A DNA stretch of 64,000 nucleotides, from positions 48,747-112,746 of the forward strand of contig CBDCFW010000002.1 of NCBI GenBank assembly GCA_965216465.1, written 5' to 3'. Both the position numbers and the translations under genes were made by a program. The notes beneath the pieces were generated by a model that saw only the letters and a list, made by a program, of their open reading frames with translations, ran no database searches and had not been told where the DNA came from. The DNA is from Bacteroidia bacterium. GTDB taxonomy: Bacteria; Bacteroidota; Bacteroidia; NS11-12g; UBA9320. Of the stretch, positions 20,282-29,629 are shown one piece after another. Numbering within the stretch: position 1 is the first letter of the stretch; each line of letters opens with the position of its first letter.

Positions 20282-21242
20282 CTTGGATATATCTATAGTC
20301 ATACCGCTACTTAATGAAGCGGAATCACTTCCGGAGCTCTTTGCTTGGATAAAACGAGTGATGGACGAAAATAAATTTTCGTTTGAGGTTGTTTTTGTTG
20401 ATGATGGATCAACGGATGATTCTTGGAAGATCATTCAAGATCTTAAAACGAATAACCCTGATCAGGTGCGTGGACTGAAGTTTAGAAGAAACTATGGTAA
20501 GTCTGCTGCACTAAATGAGGGATTTGCAGTTACCAGAGGGAAATCTGTATTCACTATGGATGCCGATTTACAAGACAGTCCTGATGAATTGCCTGAAATG
20601 CATCGCATGCTGTGGGAAGATGGATTTGATTTAGTGAGTGGATGGAAGAAAAAACGTTACGATCCAATTACGAAAACGGTGCCTACCAAGCTTTATAATT
20701 GGGCTACACGAATGATGAGCGGAATTAAGCTGCACGACTTTAACTGTGGTCTGAAAGCATATAAAGGAGATGTGGTGAAAAGCATTGAAGTATATGGTGA
20801 AATGCACCGCTATATTCCGGTGATTGCAAAGCGAGCTGGGTATAAAAAGATAGGTGAAAAAGTAGTTCAACATCAGTCGCGTAAGTATGGTACTACGAAG
20901 TTTGGAGTAGGGCGTTTTGTTAAAGGCCCTCTTGACTTGATGAGCATTATATTTATGTCTCGCTTCGGCAAAAGACCAATGCACTTTTTTGGTCTTTGGG
21001 GTGCAGTTGCTTTTATTCTTGGTTTCTTGCTCACAGCGTATGTTTTGATTGCTAAATTTATTGCCATCAGCAATGGAGTTCGTCAAACGTTAGTTGCCGA
21101 TAATCCACTTTTCTATCTTGCTTTAGTGATGCTAATTGTGGGTACACAGCTGTTCATGGGAGGATTCCTAGGCGAAATGATAAGCAGAAATTCTCCAGAT
21201 CGTAACCGATATCAAATTTCAGAAAGACTAGGTTTTGAGTAA
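20271..21242 (+). CDS. GT2 polyprenol-phosphate glycosyltransferase (ArnC/GtrB-like)
   Basis: VIPLLNE, VDDGSTD, RNYGKSAAL, MDADLQD, HDFNCGLKAY, GEMHRYIP; two C-terminal TM helices. Confidence 0.9.
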   Translation: MKNNLDISIVIPLLNEAESLPELFAWIKRVMDENKFSFEVVFVDDGSTDDSWKIIQDLKTNNPDQVRGLKFRRNYGKSAALNEGFAVTRGKSVFTMDADLQDSPDELPEMHRMLWEDGFDLVSGWKKKRYDPITKTVPTKLYNWATRMMSGIKLHDFNCGLKAYKGDVVKSIEVYGEMHRYIPVIAKRAGYKKIGEKVVQHQSRKYGTTKFGVGRFVKGPLDLMSIIFMSRFGKRPMHFFGLWGAVAFILGFLLTAYVLIAKFIAISNGVRQTLVADNPLFYLALVMLIVGTQLFMGGFLGEMISRNSPDRNRYQISERLGFE

Positions 21243-22359
21243 GCGTATAGTAATTGTTGGGCCGGCTTTCCCACTTCGAGGTGGATTGGCTACCTATAAT
21301 CAATTGCTGGCATCAAAACTTCAAGAACAAGGACATGAGGTTAAAATTGTAACCTTTAGTCTTCAGTATCCTACACTGCTTTTTCCAGGTAAAACTCAAT
21401 ATTCTACAGATCCTAAACCTGATAATCTAAATATAGAAGTATCGCTAAATTCGATTAACCCATTCAATTGGATTGCATTAGGACGAAAGCTCAAGAAAGA
21501 GAAACCTGATTTAGTAATCTTTCGCTATTGGATGTCTTTTATGGCTCCTGCCTTAGGAACACTTGGCAGTATAATTCGAAGGAATAAGAGTACTCGGGTA
21601 GTGGCTATTACGGATAACATTATTCCGCATGAGAAAAGATTTTTCGATCGTGTGTTTACTAGGTATTTCTTAAAGCGTTGCGATGGATTTGTGACCATGA
21701 GTGAATCGGTTTTGGAAGACTTGAAAGCCTTTAAGTTGGGTAAGCCTGCATTGTATAATCCTCATCCGATGTATGAGAGTTTTGGTCCGGAGTTGGATAA
21801 AAATAAGGCTAAGCAAAGTCTGGGTTTGGAAGAAGATTGGAATTATCTGCTATTCTTTGGATTTATTCGAAAGTATAAAGGCTTGGATATATTGCTAAAA
21901 GCATTTTCCGATCAACGTTTGAGAGAGCTTAAAGTGAAATTGATTATAGCGGGGGAGTATTATGACAAGCCCGACGACTATAAGGCTATCATTGAACAAA
22001 ACGGATTAGAAGATTGGGTAATTGAACGAAATGATTTCATTCCAGACTCAAAAGTGAGTACTTACTTTTCCGCTTGCGACATGGTTGTTCAGACCTATAA
22101 AACTGCAACACAGAGTGGTGTTACACAAGTTGCGTATTACTATAATAAACCGATGTTGGTAACCAATGTAGGTGGTTTAGCAGAATTAGTACCTCATGAA
22201 CGTGTGGGCTACGTTACCCAAGTTGATGTAAAGGAAATTGCAGATGCACTGATTGATTTCTACACCAATAATCGCCACGACGAATTTGTAAGCCATGTAA
22301 AGGTTGAACGCAATCGCTTTACATGGGACAGTATGATTGAAAAGCTACTTAACGTGTAG
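21235..22359 (+). CDS. GT4 (GT-B) glycosyltransferase
   Basis: PLRGGLATY, FFGFIRKYKGLDIL, ATQSGV, TNVGGLAE. Confidence 0.9.
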   Translation: MSKRIVIVGPAFPLRGGLATYNQLLASKLQEQGHEVKIVTFSLQYPTLLFPGKTQYSTDPKPDNLNIEVSLNSINPFNWIALGRKLKKEKPDLVIFRYWMSFMAPALGTLGSIIRRNKSTRVVAITDNIIPHEKRFFDRVFTRYFLKRCDGFVTMSESVLEDLKAFKLGKPALYNPHPMYESFGPELDKNKAKQSLGLEEDWNYLLFFGFIRKYKGLDILLKAFSDQRLRELKVKLIIAGEYYDKPDDYKAIIEQNGLEDWVIERNDFIPDSKVSTYFSACDMVVQTYKTATQSGVTQVAYYYNKPMLVTNVGGLAELVPHERVGYVTQVDVKEIADALIDFYTNNRHDEFVSHVKVERNRFTWDSMIEKLLNV

Positions 22360-25300
22360 CTATTGAACGATAAAGCGTGTTTCGCTTAATCCTTGACTTG
22401 TTTCTAAGACGAGAATGTAGTTTCCTCTTGCAAGACCAGTGCACTGTACATTGAACTTGCCTCTTCCTTTTCGATTTATACTTGCATTGATAACTCTTCC
22501 ATTTAAGTCTAGAACAGATGCTCGTTCAATCTCAACACCTTCTGTAACGTCGACTGTAAAGCTGCCGTTGTTCGGGTTAGGATAAATCAATGCTCTCAGC
22601 TTGCCGTTAATTACAACACCGGTACTGTTAACCACTTTGATCGAGAATCCTTGTTTTTTGTATAAATTTCCTGAAGAATCCATGCCAATAGAGTCGGAGT
22701 ATGTTGATCTGCAATTCACGTTATTCACCGTCAAGCTTACCAGATATTTTCCAAAAGTATCGTAGTCGTGGGTTGGATTTTGAACTGTAGAAGAACCTCC
22801 ATCTCCCCATAGCCATAAATAACTTAAAGATGCACCCGAGGAACTATCATGAAGTAATACGCTATAAGTACTTGTAGTGTCTTTCGAGAACGAGAACTTG
22901 GCATTGCACCCACCGATGTTAACGGTTTGGCAACTATCCGCCTCGCAATTTGAAGTGTCTCTAACTGTTAAACATATGTCGCGTACACCAGAGCTAGTAT
23001 AATTGTACGCGGAGTTATAAGCATGTGTTGTGTCGTTATTTTCTCCCCAATCCCAAACATAAGAGTTCCCATTATAGCCTTCATTAATTGTAGTAAGATC
23101 AAAGTTGTTTACGCTGTAGGTAAAACTCGGTTGTGCTGCTGAGGGGCCTGGATTAATTGTAACATTCATTGTAATGGAGTCAACACACCCCCAAACGCTT
23201 GCAACAATTAATTTGACAGCAAAGGTGCCTGCTGATTGAAATTCATGAACAGGATGCTGAAGGTTGCTCTTAGGTGATCCGTCACCAAAATCCCATGTCC
23301 AACTGTTAGGTGCGTAGCCTCCTGTTTGCTCTGTAGAATCACCAAATTGAACTTTATAATGGCATCCTGCCGTCTGGTCTATATATCCAAAATTGGCTTG
23401 AAGATTTGTTGCGGTGACATTCAGGAAGGTGGTGTCTGTACAATTGTTCGAGTCTATTGCAACCACAGTAACTACGTAATCTCCAGGATCATCGTATATC
23501 TGATTTAGGGTTAAGCTTCTTTCAAAACTATAGCCATCAGTTGAATCCCAGTCAGCTTTGAAAACTTCTATGTTTGATAAATAACGAATAGGATCGTGCC
23601 AGTAATTAACTGGCCAAATGGGAAAGGTTGGAGGATCCATTTCACCATACTGATAGTATCGTATTGAGTCATTCAGTTGGACATTTAATCCTTCGCAGAT
23701 TGAATCATCGCTCAGCCCAAAATTGGCCATGAACCCGACGTTTAGTAACTCTGCACCACGACGTTCACATCCTTTAAGATTTCTAAGAAAAACTGTAGGA
23801 ACCATTGGACCTACATTATCTTTTAGTGTCGAATCCTTCTCATCAAAGTACTGATAACGATGAGCCCAGACTCCAAAAGTGGTATCTGTTCCGTTAATCA
23901 GCGTATCATAACCCTGCAAAGATGAGTCTCTGAAATGCAAGATGTGAGCGATCTCTAGCGAATCAGTCTTGGCTGCATTGGTATAGCGGTAACGCTTATT
24001 ACCATGCTGTATAACACTTTCACTATTGCGATTGTGTTCTTCATAATTCAATTCGAAAAACGAGCTTAACCCCGTGGTATCAATGCAACCAAAAGTTCCG
24101 TCTCCAAGCATTGCCAATAATTGTTCATCTGTAAACTCGTGGTAACACATATTTGTGACCATTTGATCCTGTAGAAAAATCATTGCGTCGTCATAAAGCG
24201 TAACTCGCCAGTCTTTGATTATTGCGCTCACAATCGTATCTATATCTTCTATTCCTGAGTTAATTAGCTTTTTTCGAACCACATAATTGTACTTCCAATT
24301 TTGGCCACTATAATTAATGTCTCGGTCATTTCTACTAGGTGAAGGCCCTAAATAATCTTCTAAGTAATAAAATTCTTCAAAGTAAGCTTGTTCAAACTCA
24401 AGAGCATTAACTCCTTGGTCTCCCCAATAAAACCTGAGCACCTCAATGTTATCTTGTATTTCATCTTCTATTTTAAAATATGCAGTATCTCCCTTGCACA
24501 TGGTCTTGGTAGTACCGCTTGGTTCTAAAATGTCGAAATTAGCATTGAGAGGTTGAAATTGGACTAAGTCGTGATACCAAAACGTATCAACGCAAATAGG
24601 CTGTCCCGAAATCAATGGGCCGTTTCCTACAATTAGCCCAACGGTTATGGCATCGTTTGGATGTGCTCCTGGAGAGCCAATTTCACCAGCTGTATAGCCC
24701 TTAATAAACTCATCACCATAGGTTCCTGTTAAGTCGTAAGGGTAAATAAAAGGTATTGGGGTTCCGGGAGCTGGAGGTGCTAAAATTGCTCCAGAATTAA
24801 AAGCAAGGAAGTTCGAAGGATTTGCAAAAGAATCGAAATTTACAGCAAAGTATGACTGACTTTGGGTGTTCATGTCGAAATGAAGAGAATAGTCCAAATT
24901 GTTGCCATCCATAGGGCATTCTATACCCGAAATTACTTCCAATTTACTTGCATCCGGTCGAGTGTTGATGATGTCAACTGTCGACATAGATTCTCTGCCT
25001 GATACGGTGTCTTTTAAGTATAAAGTTGCAAGATAATTGTGTGCAACAGTCTTGTGAAATATCGCTTCATGCCTTGAGTCAGTTGTATCAATCATGGCAT
25101 TTACACACGAATTTGTGCCAGAGTTGTATTGTACCTCGCACAATGGCGTATTGGTCAAATAGTAGTCGTTGTAATAAACACTATCCCAGTTTTTATATTG
25201 ATGAACCGGAAACTCATCCTCACTGTAATTGCAATTTACACCTATATTGAGTCCCTTGGCCGTTGATGTCGTGCAAGGCAAAGCAAATTCATCACCAAAG

Positions 25301-26187
25301 TCCCAGATTCTTTTTATGCGGCTATCACCTCTGTTGTTGATGTGTTGAGCTGTAGTGATTGCACTTTGATCTCCCTGACCAGTACTTAGATCGTAATTAA
25401 AAACCAATCGCGATTGACCATTTACCGTAATTATTGAATCTTCATCAGTAGAATTGTCGTCATTTCTGTAGTAAGAAGAATGGTTGGTGAAATGTATGGA
25501 ATCATTGCTACCACATTGGTATTTCTCACTTAGAGGAATGCGATCAAATGGTACTTCAATTATGGCATTTGGTCCGTGTACTTCCAGAGTATCTAAAAAT
25601 ACCTTGAGACATCCTCCAACTTGAGCAGTAAATGAAATTAAATAAGCGCCAACTCCATAAGCGTGTTCTCCTTCAATATTTTGGTTATCAAAGTTTTGTG
25701 GGCCAGATGGAGGATCTCCATAATTCCACAAGAAATAAGTGAGGTCAGGACTGATATTGTCGAATTTAAAGGCGTAACGAGACTGGCCAATCTCTTGGTG
25801 AGTGATCTTACCATCGAATTCTGTAACGGTGATAATTGAACTTACTGCCGTATCTCGACAGCCTGAATCGGTTAAAACGGTCAAGGTAATGAGGTATGAT
25901 CCACCAGAATTGTAGGTGTGGTTAAATTTGAAATCATTGTTAGTCCCGTTCCACCAAGCAGTATTGGTTATAGAATCTCCAATTATCAAACTTCCATCCC
26001 CAAAATCCCATTTGAATTCTGCAATAGTACTCAAGTCAAGGGGTGACGTATTGATAATAGTCAACTCCAATGAATCGCAGCCTTCTGTATTATTTAAGCT
26101 AAATGATATACCAGTGCTTGGTGGACATTGAGCAAAAGAAAAGAGGTAGGTAAAAGCAAATAATAGAGTTAGTAAGGTAGATTTCAT
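22360..26187 (-). CDS. Large PKD-repeat protein with T9SS type A C-terminal sorting domain
   Basis: Several WDFGDG/WxWGD PKD motifs; CTD IYPNPNNG...GNYIL...RFIVQ; start at ATG 26187 (MKSTLL), 9 nt downstream of a TACTTTTG -7 element. Confidence 0.85.
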   Translation of the reverse strand: MKSTLLTLLFAFTYLFSFAQCPPSTGISFSLNNTEGCDSLELTIINTSPLDLSTIAEFKWDFGDGSLIIGDSITNTAWWNGTNNDFKFNHTYNSGGSYLITLTVLTDSGCRDTAVSSIITVTEFDGKITHQEIGQSRYAFKFDNISPDLTYFLWNYGDPPSGPQNFDNQNIEGEHAYGVGAYLISFTAQVGGCLKVFLDTLEVHGPNAIIEVPFDRIPLSEKYQCGSNDSIHFTNHSSYYRNDDNSTDEDSIITVNGQSRLVFNYDLSTGQGDQSAITTAQHINNRGDSRIKRIWDFGDEFALPCTTSTAKGLNIGVNCNYSEDEFPVHQYKNWDSVYYNDYYLTNTPLCEVQYNSGTNSCVNAMIDTTDSRHEAIFHKTVAHNYLATLYLKDTVSGRESMSTVDIINTRPDASKLEVISGIECPMDGNNLDYSLHFDMNTQSQSYFAVNFDSFANPSNFLAFNSGAILAPPAPGTPIPFIYPYDLTGTYGDEFIKGYTAGEIGSPGAHPNDAITVGLIVGNGPLISGQPICVDTFWYHDLVQFQPLNANFDILEPSGTTKTMCKGDTAYFKIEDEIQDNIEVLRFYWGDQGVNALEFEQAYFEEFYYLEDYLGPSPSRNDRDINYSGQNWKYNYVVRKKLINSGIEDIDTIVSAIIKDWRVTLYDDAMIFLQDQMVTNMCYHEFTDEQLLAMLGDGTFGCIDTTGLSSFFELNYEEHNRNSESVIQHGNKRYRYTNAAKTDSLEIAHILHFRDSSLQGYDTLINGTDTTFGVWAHRYQYFDEKDSTLKDNVGPMVPTVFLRNLKGCERRGAELLNVGFMANFGLSDDSICEGLNVQLNDSIRYYQYGEMDPPTFPIWPVNYWHDPIRYLSNIEVFKADWDSTDGYSFERSLTLNQIYDDPGDYVVTVVAIDSNNCTDTTFLNVTATNLQANFGYIDQTAGCHYKVQFGDSTEQTGGYAPNSWTWDFGDGSPKSNLQHPVHEFQSAGTFAVKLIVASVWGCVDSITMNVTINPGPSAAQPSFTYSVNNFDLTTINEGYNGNSYVWDWGENNDTTHAYNSAYNYTSSGVRDICLTVRDTSNCEADSCQTVNIGGCNAKFSFSKDTTSTYSVLLHDSSSGASLSYLWLWGDGGSSTVQNPTHDYDTFGKYLVSLTVNNVNCRSTYSDSIGMDSSGNLYKKQGFSIKVVNSTGVVINGKLRALIYPNPNNGSFTVDVTEGVEIERASVLDLNGRVINASINRKGRGKFNVQCTGLARGNYILVLETSQGLSETRFIVQ

Positions 26188-26229
26188 AATGACTACCAAA
26201 AGTACTCAAGAAACAGTGTAAATGCAATC

Positions 26230-27654
26230 TTAGAATTGACTTTCCAAGGCACCTAAATCTGGTAGCCCTGTACGGGTTCTATCACAAAAATCATCTGTAA
26301 TTGCTGGATTCAGAATTAATCCGGCATCCTTAGCAGGAGATAATGTGTCTAGCTCAAAATTGAGTTGGTATGTATCGAGCAAGAGTGGGTCTTGGTCAAC
26401 AATGTTATTTGAGCCTGGAGCACTGTAAAACGCTTCATTGGTGAGCAACAAATTATAATCTACCACAGACGGGTTAATTATTTTGGAAGCGTCTAAATCG
26501 TTACCGATTTCACCATCTTGATTAGAACCGTAAATGATATTATTCAAGAAGGTAAATTGAATAGGGTGGGTGCTAATAATTTGTTGAAACTCATCGCGAT
26601 GAACATTCAAAAATGCAAATGTTGGTCCGTTGCGGCTGAAATCGCGGGAGTCCATATAGAATGTACTGTTTTTTACCGTGTAGTCTCCACCAAATGACCC
26701 GAGAAAGGTAAAACGGCCGCAATTGGTTACGATAGAATTTTCGACTTCGATGGTAGCATATCTTCCTGCAATACCATCAAAGTTCATGTTGCGAATAAAA
26801 GACTTTCGGATAGTAATGTTAGGGTTGTTTGGGTCACCACTAACCGTATCGCAGTAAACACCTACTGTCGCATTTTTAATGACGGCATGTTCTATTTCAC
26901 TGCTGTGTGAAGGGTAGTTAATCCAAATTCCGCCCCATTGGCCAGGTGATTCTTCCCAGCTTGGTTGTAAGCGATCCCCTTGCATGAGCACAGGCTCGTC
27001 TTTTGCGCCTTGAATATTCACTTTACCTTCAACAAATAACCAGCTCGAAGGAGCGAAATGAATGTTCATGCCTTTTTCTATGGTCAATGTAACATCTGGC
27101 TTTACATAACAATATCCATAAACAACAATGGGTAAATTATCATTGGCCCAGGTAGTATCTGACTCGATGCTGTCTCTAAAAATATAGTGTGCGTCTTGTC
27201 CCCAACCAATTAAGTTGACTTTTTGCTCGTTGCCATTTGTGCTAAACATTAACGAATCGCGAATAATTAGTGGGTTATAATCCGGGTTATTGTTATTTGG
27301 ATCAGGATGAACCTCAACAAAAAGAAATATGCTATCGTTCGGAAAGATTTCGATGTTCTCAAAGTTGTGACCGGGCTCGCCATCAACATTTAGTCTGAAA
27401 TGAGAACCTGTTCCTCCAGCTAATCGAATACTTGTTCTGATACTTTGATCATGCGGGTTTTTAACAAGAATCTGTTTGTTAACCGATTTTGGAACTCCGC
27501 CACGAACATTGGTGAATACGGTGTCGAACCATAATGTATCGGTATTGATTATGACCGTGTCACTGCCACTTGTTGTGAATTCTTCTTTTTTACACGAAGT
27601 AAAAAGACCATACACGACAAGGAAGAATAATGCGTATTTAAGTAAACCTTTCAA
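26230..27654 (-). CDS. Lipoprotein with Ig-like and parallel beta-helix (pectin-lyase-fold-like) regions
   Basis: TSC lipobox; FDTVFT, PGQWGGIW, C-terminal SPAKDAG...PDLGALE motif typical of beta-helix proteins. Confidence 0.7.
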   Translation of the reverse strand: MKGLLKYALFFLVVYGLFTSCKKEEFTTSGSDTVIINTDTLWFDTVFTNVRGGVPKSVNKQILVKNPHDQSIRTSIRLAGGTGSHFRLNVDGEPGHNFENIEIFPNDSIFLFVEVHPDPNNNNPDYNPLIIRDSLMFSTNGNEQKVNLIGWGQDAHYIFRDSIESDTTWANDNLPIVVYGYCYVKPDVTLTIEKGMNIHFAPSSWLFVEGKVNIQGAKDEPVLMQGDRLQPSWEESPGQWGGIWINYPSHSSEIEHAVIKNATVGVYCDTVSGDPNNPNITIRKSFIRNMNFDGIAGRYATIEVENSIVTNCGRFTFLGSFGGDYTVKNSTFYMDSRDFSRNGPTFAFLNVHRDEFQQIISTHPIQFTFLNNIIYGSNQDGEIGNDLDASKIINPSVVDYNLLLTNEAFYSAPGSNNIVDQDPLLLDTYQLNFELDTLSPAKDAGLILNPAITDDFCDRTRTGLPDLGALESQF

Positions 27655-27746
27655 TGCTGTACTAACGAGTGTACAAAGGAAATATTTTATTTAGATTTAC
27701 AAGGGAATGTCAGCAGTTTAGCATCTTCACTTTACAAAGTGAAAAC

Positions 27747-29081
27747 TTAAAACGCTCTTCGTACAGATAACTGAGTTCCGAAGTGTCGCGAGCGCATTTC
27801 AAGGGGATACTCATCAACATTCCAGTTGGTTAAATACGAATTGAAATACGGCTTGAGTAAAATGCTTGAATTTTGAGTTAAATCAGCTTCTAAAACGAGT
27901 TGAGCTGCAAATCCGATTCCCAAACTTGACTTATAGATGCCTTCATTCTCAACCCGTGAAACAGTGTACTCGTCAATCAAGAGTTTGCCATTGGTTCGGA
28001 GCAACATGTTGTACATTAATCCACCTTCGACTGCTAACTTGATTCGGTGTTTTTTGGGATTGTTAATTCGGTAACCTAGTTGAACAATTCCATTTACCGT
28101 GCTATAACGAATTTCGCCTTCACTGATATAGGTAATTTGTTGGGTGTTTCCGATTTCTCCTTGGCCTTTTTCAATGATTAACTTGTTAATTGAATCTCTT
28201 CTGTAATAGAATTGATCCTTTTGTTGAGACCAGTTAATTGTAGTAAGCCCGTATACTCTTTTCGTAAAGTTTAATCCCGCACTTACCGATCCGCTCCAAG
28301 TGTACCAAGCAGATTCAGATTCATTTCTAAGGGTAGTCAGGCTCCCTTCTGGTGATAAGGATTTGCTTTGAAACCCTATGCCTAAGCTTCCTTCAACAAA
28401 GTATGCATTTCGTTTTCTTCTCGACAAGGTGGTGTTTTGAGACGAAGGCAAGTTGCTTTGAAGACTTTCATCTTTTTCGTTAGGAGTATTCTCGGCTACT
28501 TCCGCATAGTCATAGACAATTACTTCATCTTCCGGCGTAAACTTAGCCTCTGGTATAGTTGCATCAATTCCCAGATATTCAGCCGATTGACCTGCTGAAG
28601 CGACTGGTTTTACAGGATCCTCGTCAGTAAACAATATCGGCTCTGCATCTTCATTACTAAGGATTTTAGGGCTAGTCTTTTCTGCAATCTTAACAGGCTT
28701 GGTAAGAGAAAGAAAAGTTGGTTTCTCAAGCTTGGATTTTTCATCGGTTGCTAAATCGAGATCTTCGGAATTCGAGTTAGCATCTTTTACGTTCTGCTCG
28801 GATAGGGTTTGCACAACTTCTTTAACAGGTGCATCTGCCTGTACTAGATTATCAGCATAATTTGTCTGTTCGGTTACTTTGTCTTGTTTGTCAAGCCCCA
28901 TCCATATTGCACCTGCACCCGCAACTGCAATAAAAAGCAGCAAAATCATACCTGATCGATGTGCTGGTTTCGAACGTAGATTTTTTTCTATTCCGTCCCA
29001 AACTCCGGTAGGTGGGAGGGTCGATTCATTTCTTTCTAAATCTCTAAATCGTTGATCTGTATTTCTATTCTTCTCCATCAT
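27747..29081 (-). CDS. Putative anti-sigma factor: N-terminal cytoplasmic domain, TM helix, long linker, C-terminal outer-membrane beta-barrel
   Basis: PPTGVWDGIE motif, single TM, low-complexity linker, amphipathic strands ending in Phe; ATGA overlap with the ECF sigma gene. Confidence 0.7.
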   Translation of the reverse strand: MMEKNRNTDQRFRDLERNESTLPPTGVWDGIEKNLRSKPAHRSGMILLLFIAVAGAGAIWMGLDKQDKVTEQTNYADNLVQADAPVKEVVQTLSEQNVKDANSNSEDLDLATDEKSKLEKPTFLSLTKPVKIAEKTSPKILSNEDAEPILFTDEDPVKPVASAGQSAEYLGIDATIPEAKFTPEDEVIVYDYAEVAENTPNEKDESLQSNLPSSQNTTLSRRKRNAYFVEGSLGIGFQSKSLSPEGSLTTLRNESESAWYTWSGSVSAGLNFTKRVYGLTTINWSQQKDQFYYRRDSINKLIIEKGQGEIGNTQQITYISEGEIRYSTVNGIVQLGYRINNPKKHRIKLAVEGGLMYNMLLRTNGKLLIDEYTVSRVENEGIYKSSLGIGFAAQLVLEADLTQNSSILLKPYFNSYLTNWNVDEYPLEMRSRHFGTQLSVRRAF

Positions 29082-29629
29082 TTTTGCAATCTTAATTGAG
29101 TTAAGTGTTTGTCTTTATTAATCAATTCTTGTAAAAGTTTTCTCGCCTTATACAATTGACTTCTAGACGTGCTTTCGGAGCAATTAAGCTCTTGAGCAAT
29201 TTCCGCATGCGACAATTCTTCAAACACGTATAAGCTAAATACCGTTTGATATCCAATCGGCATCGACTTGAGTAATTTAATTAGCTTGTTGTACGTGTAC
29301 TTGTCAAAATCTATCTTCATTTCGTATTCTTGGTCGTGAGCAAAACTTTCGTCTAACGAAACGAATAATTGGTTTTTTCGTAAAGAACTTAATGCTGTAC
29401 GCACCATGATCATTCGCACCCATGCAGCTATATTTCCTTCGTTTCTAAATTGGTGAATGTTGTTAAAAACCTTAATAAAACCTTCTTGTAAAACATCAGC
29501 GGCATCGCCAGAATTTTTACAATAGCGAAGGCAGATGGTGTACATCTGCCCGCTTAAGAGTTCATAGAGCTTCTTTTGGCTTTTTGGGTGATTTTTTTTA
29601 CACCCCGCTATGCACTCATCAATACTCAT
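29078..29629 (-). CDS. ECF-type RNA polymerase sigma factor
   Basis: Region 2 DVLQEGFIKVF...WVRMIMV; region 4 LSHAEIAQELNCSESTSRSQLYKARK. Confidence 0.92.
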   Translation of the reverse strand: MSIDECIAGCKKNHPKSQKKLYELLSGQMYTICLRYCKNSGDAADVLQEGFIKVFNNIHQFRNEGNIAAWVRMIMVRTALSSLRKNQLFVSLDESFAHDQEYEMKIDFDKYTYNKLIKLLKSMPIGYQTVFSLYVFEELSHAEIAQELNCSESTSRSQLYKARKLLQELINKDKHLTQLRLQK

